Below, piece after piece: positions 19,075-27,100 of a stretch of DNA of 32,520 bases (position 1 is the stretch's first letter; the number at the start of each line of letters is the position of its first letter). Origin of the DNA: Chlorobiota bacterium (lineage in GTDB: Bacteria; Bacteroidota; Bacteroidia; Bacteroidales; B39-G9); the NCBI GenBank assembly GCA_030632095.1, contig DAOVJU010000001.1, positions 1 through 32,520 of the forward strand, written 5' to 3'. Made by a program: the position numbers and the translations under genes. A model generated the notes under the pieces. That model worked only from the letters and a program-made list of their open reading frames with translations, was not told where the DNA came from and did not search any database.

Positions 19075-19166
19075 TTTGAAAATCAGTTTGGCCCCATCCC
19101 AAACGGGAGCCTGATTTTCAGATACTTCTCCCGTTTGGGTTTGGGGCTATAAGTAGCTGAAAATCA
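19075..19166. repeat. compound palindrome with A-B-A'-B'-A layout
   Basis: B arms GCCCCATCCCAAACGGGAG (19091-19109) and CTCCCGTTTGGGTTTGGGGC (19128-19147) pair with one bulge. TGAAAATCAG (19077-19086) and CTGAAAATCA (19157-19166) are both complementary to CTGATTTTCAG (19111-19121), which sits in the loop. Confidence 0.85.
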
Positions 19167-19355
19167 AATTCAAACCTTTTTATACTGGACTTATTAATAT
19201 ATTTATCCGGGTGTTTATAAAAACACTGATTAATATCATATTTTTTTCTCTAACTATTATGTTTCTTTGCACTCGAATTTTTACAAGACTATCAAATATC
19301 AGTTTAAAACAAAACTTGTTAACTGTTGATTTTAAATAATTTTAAAGGCAATTTT

Positions 19356-19814
19356 ATGAAATTTTTACAGATGGCTTATATTTCAAAGTTCTTTTTATTA
19401 GTTGCAATAAGCTTTACATTACAACATATTGGAAATGCACAGGATGATTATTATTTAGATAGATTTGAAGCCGGTCAGGTTATACCACCCTCTCCTACAG
19501 CTTCATCGTTAAGTAAATACGTTGATATTCCAGTAAGTTTATATACAGGAGTACCAGAAATAACAATTCCGATATTCAATATTGAGAATAATAAATTCAG
19601 ACTACCTGTCTATCTTAGTTATCATTCCAATGGAAATAAGGCTTCAGAAACTGCCTCCTGGACAGGCCTTGGTTGGTCTCTAAATGCAGGTGGTATCATT
19701 ACTAGAAGCGTTAAAGGGTTACCAGATGATAAAGAACACTGGGAATATGATCCTGGTGAAGGATTCCTAACTATTTCAGAGAAAAAAGATAATTTTATAA
19801 ATATTAAACCATGA
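19356..19814 (+). CDS. truncated paralog of the N-terminus of the next gene (signal peptide plus SpvB/TcB-N-like motif only); possibly a pseudogene
   Basis: From the ATG at 19356: MKFLQMAYISKFFLLVAISF signal, then SLSKYVDIPVSLYTGVPEITIPIF...LSYHSNGNKASETASWTGLGWSLNAGGIITRSVKGLPDD. This aligns residue for residue with 19811..23629 and then stops. Its stop overlaps the next start (ATGA). Confidence 0.55.
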   Translation: MKFLQMAYISKFFLLVAISFTLQHIGNAQDDYYLDRFEAGQVIPPSPTASSLSKYVDIPVSLYTGVPEITIPIFNIENNKFRLPVYLSYHSNGNKASETASWTGLGWSLNAGGIITRSVKGLPDDKEHWEYDPGEGFLTISEKKDNFINIKP

Positions 19815-22800
19815 AAATCATAATCTACTTACTATTAATCTTATTATTAGCCTTTTGTGTAAATTTGCAGGAAGTTTTTGGACAAGGATACGAAGATGAT
19901 TTTTACGAATCTTTTATGAAAACTGATATTGCTCCTGTATCTAATGCAGCTTCTTTAGGGCAATATGTTGAAACACCTGTTAGCTTATACACTGGAGTCC
20001 CGGGAATATCTATTCCTCTATATACTGTTCAAACAGGCGATTATTCACTTCCAATATTTATTAGTTACCATTCGTCAGGAATTAAAGTTGCACAATCATC
20101 TTCATGGATTGGCTTAGGCTGGGCATTAAACGCTGGCGGAGTTATTACTCGAACAGTAAAAAGTTTGCCAGATGATTTAGATGAAACTTATTATAATGAA
20201 AATTGGATTAGTAATTCAGGATTCTTATACGCAGGAGAAACAATTAAAGAAGTTTTTAATACTAATCATTTTAATTCTTATGATGATGAAAAATTTGCTC
20301 AAGGTAATATTGATGGTGAACCTGATATTTTCTATTTCAATTTTAATGGGCATACAGGCAAATTCATGTTCGATTGTGATAAAAACATAAATTTTATTGG
20401 AGAAGAAAACTACTTAATTGAATTTGAGCAAAAAGATGCAGCAGGTAATATAGATGCGCATGGATTTATTACTGAATTTACAATAACAACAGATGATGGA
20501 GTAAAATACATATTTGATAAATATGAGCATACTTTAATGATGCCCTGTTTAGAATCAGATATTTTTGATTTAAGTACCTTGGAAGAAGGGCCTTTGAATT
20601 TTTTCCCTTTAAACGTTAGTGGTATGTATGATAAAACGTATAATTCTTCTTGGTTTTTAACTAAAATCATTACCACAACAGGGCAAGAAATCAATTTCAA
20701 TTATGATCCTGAACCCTTTTATAAAATGGGATTCCCTTCTGTGTCAAAGAAAATATCTAGTACCAGGTGGGCAAAAAGCTTATTTGAAATCCAGGGACAT
20801 AGATTAACAGAAATTATTTGGAATAATGGTAAAATTAAATTTATTGCAACAAACGAAAGAGAAGACGTAATACGGAAATGGAATTTAAGTGACGGATCAG
20901 TTATTAGTAAAAAGGCATTGTCTGATGTTTTGATATATAATAAAGTAGCTACTAATCCTATAAAATCCTTTAAATTAAATACATCTTATTTTATATCGGA
21001 TGGAATAGATGAAATATCTGATCCGAATAAATTTGCTTATAAAAGATTGAAACTAGATAATATTCAGGAATTTGTTTTTGGAACTACAAAAACATTACCT
21101 CCAACACAGTTTTTTTATAATGAAACTCTATTACCAAATAAATTTTCCTTTGAACAAGATTTTTGGGGATATTATAATAGTAATAATGCTGATGATGCAG
21201 CTTATACAGATATGCTCCAAGGAATTAATTTTATTCCTAAAATATATGAATATAAAAATTACGAAGTAACAAATACATCTTTTTATAATAGTATTTATTC
21301 CATATATATTCGTCCGGGTGATGATTCATATATAGAAATTACAGGTGAAAATCGGGAGCCTGAAACAACAGTAAATCAAGCATGTATTTTAAATAAAATT
21401 GATTATCCTACTGGAGGTTCTAAAAAATTAACATATGAATCGAATAGGTTTTTATTAGATGGTGAAGAAAAAATTGGTGGAGGAATAAGAATTAAAGAAA
21501 TTATTTCAACTGATTCAGAATCTGAGGTATTGAAAAAAACATTCACATATACTGAAGATGATGGAATTACTTCAGGAAGAATATTTGGTTTACCTCTGTT
21601 TGCAAGTTTTTATCCTTGGGCTTGTAACTCAATACCTGCCGAAGGACTTCCTGATGAAGAAAAAGCAGAATATTGTGTTAAACGATATTCTACTTCAGTT
21701 GGAGAATTAGGAACAACAAAAGGCAGTCATGTTGGTTATAGAAAAGTAACAGAAAATAATAGTGCAGAAGGTAAAATTATTTATGAATATGCCATACCTG
21801 CTGAATTTGGAACTACTACTGCTGATTTAATTACTACGTCTATGAATAACAATACATCTGGGGATATTTCAGTTGGAGAATATGTTTATTCAAGACCCAA
21901 TACATTAATTAAAAATGGCCCTGTAGATTTTGAAATTAAATGTCCTTTTCCATTTCCTTCAAACCCTAATTACGATTGGAATAGAGGACAATTATTGAAA
22001 AAAACAATTGTTAATAAAGATGGTTTTAAAGTTAAGGAAATAGAGAATATATTTAATATCTATTCATTTAGAAAAATACCATCAATTAAAGTTAAGCGTT
22101 ATTATATTTCAATTAATCCAAATCTTAAGTATTCTATATATTATAGTTTATGTGGCACAAAAAATCTTTCTCAAAGAGTTGTAACAGATTATTACAATTC
22201 AGAAACCCAAGCGGTAGCAACAAGCACAAACTATTTATATAACAATTACGGCCAAATTAATGAAATCAGTACCTTCCAAAGCGATGGTTCAGAAATAATA
22301 GAATCATATAAATATCCGCTTGATTATTCCCCTGATTTTACAGTGTTTCCCACAGACGAATATCTAAAAGGAATATGGCATCTAGCTTTAAATCATATAA
22401 TTAAACCTATTGAAGTATATACCACAAAATCTGATGCAGGTGTAATAAGTGGAAAAATTAATATATACAAAAACTTTCAAACTATTGATTCCTATGACTT
22501 AATTGAACCATGGGAAATTTATACATTAGAAACATCAACTCCTCTGGCTGACTATGCCCCGACTTTTATAGATGCAGCTTTTCACATGGATAACAGGTAT
22601 AAATTAAATATGACATATGATAATTACGATACTTATGGTAATCTGCTCCAATACCATAAAGAAAATGATATTCCAACTTCATTTATCTGGGGCTATAATA
22701 ACTCATTACCAATTGCAAAAGTTGTAAATGCAGAATCTGACAAGATCTTCTTTAATGGATTTGAAGATAAATCAGGTTGGTCAAACAACACTTATGATGA

Positions 22801-23629
22801 AAACTTTTCACATAGCGGAAGTATTTCAGGTAAAATAGTAAAAACCACATCCGGCGAAAGAACATCATTTTGTAATCAAAAAATAGATTTAACATTATCA
22901 GAAAGCACAATATTCAAATTCTCAGGTTGGGTATATAGTGATGGCCCTTCTGCAGATATTTATCTGTTCTGGAGGCCTGATAGAAGTGATGAACTATATA
23001 ACGGAGCTTCATGTACACATATTAGAACCACGGTTACAGGTAAATGGACCTATATTGAGAAAGAAGTATCAATTCCATCCAACACACAAAGAATGTATGT
23101 TAGAATTGATAATAATGGTGGTGGAACTGTTTGGTTTGATGATATTCGCGTTCATCCTGCCGATGCCCATATGACAACTTACACCTACGATCCATTAATT
23201 GGAATGACCTCTGTAACAAACGAAAACAATGTAACAACTTATTACGAATACGATGATTTTGGCCGATTAAAACAAATAAAAGATGATGATGGTAATATTT
23301 TAGAACGAAATGAATATAACTATAAAGAAGATTATATCATAAAAGTGCCGCAAGATCTTTTTAGAGTTGATCATAATGCAGGTACAACTGTAATTCCTGT
23401 CTTTATAAATACCAGTCTTGAAAATCTAAGCGTTCAGGTAAATCCGGATGTTCCATGGTTAAATACTGATTATTACTATGTTAGTGAAGCAGAAATACTA
23501 ATAAATGCAGCAAGATCATTGAACAAAACAGGAGAAATACGAAATGCTGTAATTATAGTTAGTGGAACCTTAAATGGTGAATCTCATTCCAAAAACATTT
23601 TGTTAAATCAATCAGCAGAAGACATGTAA
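19811..23629 (+). CDS. large secreted protein with an SpvB/TcB-N-like N-terminus, a CBM-like beta-sandwich, YD repeats and a BACON-like C-terminal domain
   Basis: 1272 aa with a signal peptide. PVSLYTGVPGISIPLY...ISYHSSGIKVAQSSSWIGLGWALNAGGVITRTVKSLPDD matches the TG..S.SIP...LSLSY.S....G.GWSL....I.R....G.P.YDD pattern of SpvB/TcB N-termini. Also SWFLTKIITTTGQEINFNY-type strands, GFED...W....H.G..S...VWFDDIRV (CBM-like), and TYTYDPLIGMTSVTNENNVTTYYEYDDFGRLKQIKDDDGNIL (YD repeats). Confidence 0.75.
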   Translation: MKIIIYLLLILLLAFCVNLQEVFGQGYEDDFYESFMKTDIAPVSNAASLGQYVETPVSLYTGVPGISIPLYTVQTGDYSLPIFISYHSSGIKVAQSSSWIGLGWALNAGGVITRTVKSLPDDLDETYYNENWISNSGFLYAGETIKEVFNTNHFNSYDDEKFAQGNIDGEPDIFYFNFNGHTGKFMFDCDKNINFIGEENYLIEFEQKDAAGNIDAHGFITEFTITTDDGVKYIFDKYEHTLMMPCLESDIFDLSTLEEGPLNFFPLNVSGMYDKTYNSSWFLTKIITTTGQEINFNYDPEPFYKMGFPSVSKKISSTRWAKSLFEIQGHRLTEIIWNNGKIKFIATNEREDVIRKWNLSDGSVISKKALSDVLIYNKVATNPIKSFKLNTSYFISDGIDEISDPNKFAYKRLKLDNIQEFVFGTTKTLPPTQFFYNETLLPNKFSFEQDFWGYYNSNNADDAAYTDMLQGINFIPKIYEYKNYEVTNTSFYNSIYSIYIRPGDDSYIEITGENREPETTVNQACILNKIDYPTGGSKKLTYESNRFLLDGEEKIGGGIRIKEIISTDSESEVLKKTFTYTEDDGITSGRIFGLPLFASFYPWACNSIPAEGLPDEEKAEYCVKRYSTSVGELGTTKGSHVGYRKVTENNSAEGKIIYEYAIPAEFGTTTADLITTSMNNNTSGDISVGEYVYSRPNTLIKNGPVDFEIKCPFPFPSNPNYDWNRGQLLKKTIVNKDGFKVKEIENIFNIYSFRKIPSIKVKRYYISINPNLKYSIYYSLCGTKNLSQRVVTDYYNSETQAVATSTNYLYNNYGQINEISTFQSDGSEIIESYKYPLDYSPDFTVFPTDEYLKGIWHLALNHIIKPIEVYTTKSDAGVISGKINIYKNFQTIDSYDLIEPWEIYTLETSTPLADYAPTFIDAAFHMDNRYKLNMTYDNYDTYGNLLQYHKENDIPTSFIWGYNNSLPIAKVVNAESDKIFFNGFEDKSGWSNNTYDENFSHSGSISGKIVKTTSGERTSFCNQKIDLTLSESTIFKFSGWVYSDGPSADIYLFWRPDRSDELYNGASCTHIRTTVTGKWTYIEKEVSIPSNTQRMYVRIDNNGGGTVWFDDIRVHPADAHMTTYTYDPLIGMTSVTNENNVTTYYEYDDFGRLKQIKDDDGNILERNEYNYKEDYIIKVPQDLFRVDHNAGTTVIPVFINTSLENLSVQVNPDVPWLNTDYYYVSEAEILINAARSLNKTGEIRNAVIIVSGTLNGESHSKNILLNQSAEDM

Positions 23630-23707
23630 ATTTTCAATTATAAATGAAATAAGCCAAATGCTAATATTTTAAAATGAAATAATAATAAAAATAAAATAAT
23701 CGAAATC

Positions 23708-24148
23708 ATGAAAATTCTAATTTCAACAATCGTTTTAAACATTTTAATGTTAAGTTTAATTCAAGCACAAGTATCCGCTCCTGAAAATTTCTTTCTTGGC
23801 CTTGAACCTATGGAAGAAATTGCAATGGATGAAACGGATCCAAGTGCGGAACCGGATCTTACAGGAATTGATCATAAAATAATTGCATATTTAACCGTGA
23901 ACGATACCTTGAATATCACAAATATTTACATTTCATTGGGTACAACCGAAGGTGGAACAGAATTTTACGACAGCAGTTTTGTTTTTGACAACACAGAAAT
24001 TACCGAACCACAGGAATACGTACGAAATGGATATGACATTCGTATAACCATTGGAATATTTGAGTGGAATCCTTTATTTTATTCGGAAATAAAACTGGAA
24101 GACAACAATGGTCAATTTTCAGAAACTGTAACATATATAGCAAACTAA
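23708..24148 (+). CDS. small secreted hypothetical protein
   Basis: 146 aa with signal peptide MKILISTIVLNILMLSLIQAQ. Sits between the two giant genes on the same strand. Confidence 0.55.
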   Translation: MKILISTIVLNILMLSLIQAQVSAPENFFLGLEPMEEIAMDETDPSAEPDLTGIDHKIIAYLTVNDTLNITNIYISLGTTEGGTEFYDSSFVFDNTEITEPQEYVRNGYDIRITIGIFEWNPLFYSEIKLEDNNGQFSETVTYIAN

Positions 24149-24188
24149 ATAAATATATTGGCATGTTAGTTAAAAAAACTTATTTAAA

Positions 24189-27100
24189 ATGAAAAGGAAA
24201 TATTTTCAGTTTATTCTAATCCTTCTGGTTACTACAGTTAATATACACGCACAAAAGGTATATAACGTGGTATGGATTGACCAGGAAAATGTTAGTACAG
24301 ATGTTTATGGAGATACTAATGGTACACTTTTAGAAAAAAAAGGACCAAGCGGATGGAATGCCGGGGCAGCTTCACTGAATATTCTACCTGCAAATGATAA
24401 AGGATATGTTGAATACGAAGCTGAAGAAACTGAAACATTTAAAATGTTTGGACTTTCTTACTCAGCAGGTAGTTCAGGTTATTCCAATATCGATTATGCA
24501 ATTTATTTAAGAGGGGGAGAAATTCAGATATATGAAAGTGGGAACCGTGTTGGAAATTACAATCAGTATGAAACAACTTATGTATTTAGGGTAGAACGCA
24601 ACAGGGGAGAAATCATTTATAGCGTAAATGGAAAAATACTAAAGGCCACTCCATTAGGGTTAAACGATGAAAATAAGGAAATGATAGTGGATATATCCTT
24701 ACATACGCCAAATGCTCCGATGAATTTTGTAAAAGCATCTTTTCCATACACCGATCTTTCTTTAAGTTCTCATATTGTTGAAAGAACAAAGCAACCGGAT
24801 ATGCTTTATGCCGATGCAACAGGTGCTTCCGGCAACTATCAGTATGAATGGGATAATGGACATCCGCTTAATAATAGAGCTATTGATGAATATGGAGAAT
24901 ATTCTGTCACGGTAACCGACGAATCCGGGCTGGAAGCAAAAGCTAAAATTCCTGTTTTTGCTGATATTGAATGGATCGATCTTACTAATGTAAGTGTAAA
25001 CGGAAATTCAATTGTAAAAACCAACTCAAACGGGTGGAATGCCGGTGCCGCATCAAGAAATAAACTTGATCCGGGTGAAAACGGATTTGTTGAATACCAT
25101 GCTGAAGAAACGAGCAAATACAAGATGTTTGGATTATCTTATAACAATGCAAATGCAAGTCTTTCAACAATACATTATGCTTTATATTGTCGAAGAGGTG
25201 AATTAAGAGTTTATGAGAGTGGATCTTATAAAGCAACTTATGGTTCATACAGTGTAAACGATAAGCTGGTTGTTAAAAGAGAATCAGGATATATTAGATA
25301 TTATAGAAATGATCAGCTATTACGGTCTGTAAGCATTGGTTCATCAAATCAAAATAAAGAAATGATTGTTGATTTTTCAATTGCTTCTTCAGGTGGTAAA
25401 TTTACAGATATGCAATGCACCTTTGGTAATGATCTTAATACACAATTAACAACTTCCGGTGGTCCTGTATTATTTATTATTGCCGGGGAAACTCATGGTG
25501 GAAAGCCTCCATATTCATTCAGTTGGAATACCGGTGAAACAACAACAAGTGTTAGCAACAAAGAATATGGAAGATATATACTTACGGTAACAGATAATTG
25601 GGGAAAAACTGAAGTTACTTCGGTTTCGCTGGAAATTTCCGGTGACAAAAATCAGAACTATGTTCATAGTATTTCTCCAAGGAAACCGGTTAATAATGAA
25701 AGTGCATTAGATGCAATAGAGAAAATAGAAAAATATAATTACTTTGATGGCCTTGGCAGAACTATGCAAACAATAGCTGTAGGAATTAGTCCTTCAGGGA
25801 AAGATGTAATTCAACCCATTAAATACGATGCCTATGGAAGACAAGCGAAAGATTATTTGCCTTATACAATTAATAGCAATGGTGGCTATCGTGAACATGC
25901 ATTTTTAGAACAGGAAAATTTTTATTCGGAAGCAAGAAATAACGGTAAATTTGCTTATACCGCGTTCCCATATGCTGAAAAAGTATTTGACAATTCACCG
26001 CTAAACAGGGTAATTGAACAAGGTTCACCGGGTAAGATATGGCAACCTGAATTTGATAATACAATTAAAAGTGATTTAGCTACAAATACTACTAATGAAG
26101 TACGTTTTTGGTATATGGATGGAAATAATAATTGCCTTTCTGACGATTATTATGATAACAATGAATTGTTTGTAAATATTGTAACAGATGAAAACAATAA
26201 CCAGGTTAAGAAATATACCGATAAAAGAGGAAATATTGTGTTGAAGAAAAGCCAAGACGGTAAAAACTGGCTTGAAACATATTATGTATACGATGATTTT
26301 AATTTATTGCGTTATGTAATTATGCCCGGAGCAACAAAAGGTGGAATGTTTACCGATTTTGACCATTGTTTTTACTATGAATACGATGAACGCCATCGCA
26401 TGATTAAAAAGCAAATTCCCGGGGCAAAGGAAGTTTACATGGTTTATGATAACCTGGACCGACTGGTATTTTCCCAGGATGGAAACTTAAGAGAAGATCA
26501 TAATAAATGGATGTATAACATATATGATAATCTGAACCGCCCGGTAAAAACATGTATTTTTAATAATCCAGCCAATTATTCACATGATTATTTGATCTAT
26601 CTCGTAGAAAATAGTTCGTTTACCACAAATGCATCACAATATGATGTGTACACCGAAACATGGTACGACAACTATGATTTTCCGGAATATAATGATTACA
26701 AGTACCAGCGAATTGATGATTTCGATGTTGAACCATTTATGAGGGTAATTGGGAAGGTAGCACATACCAAAACCTATGTTCCTGATCTTAAGATTTGGCT
26801 TTATTCTGTAATATATTATGATAAATACAATCGCGTAATCCAGACTATTTCTGATAATCATATCGGGGGTAAAGACGTGGTATGTAACAAATATAATTTT
26901 TCCGGTGAAATTGTAAAAACCATGAAAATACATAATTACGAAGGCCCAAATAAAGTAATCATCACCGAAAGATACGATTACGATCATGCCGGAAGGTTAC
27001 TTAATACTCAACACCAGGTTAACGATCAGGATCCGGTCATTGCATCAGCAATGGAATACAACGAACTGGGTGAAATGAACATAAAAAAAATGCATTCTGA

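Noticed and set aside
19091-19147. Intrinsic terminator call for the 19-bp GC-rich hairpin
   Set aside because: No T-tract follows the stem on either strand, so it is reported as a structured repeat instead.
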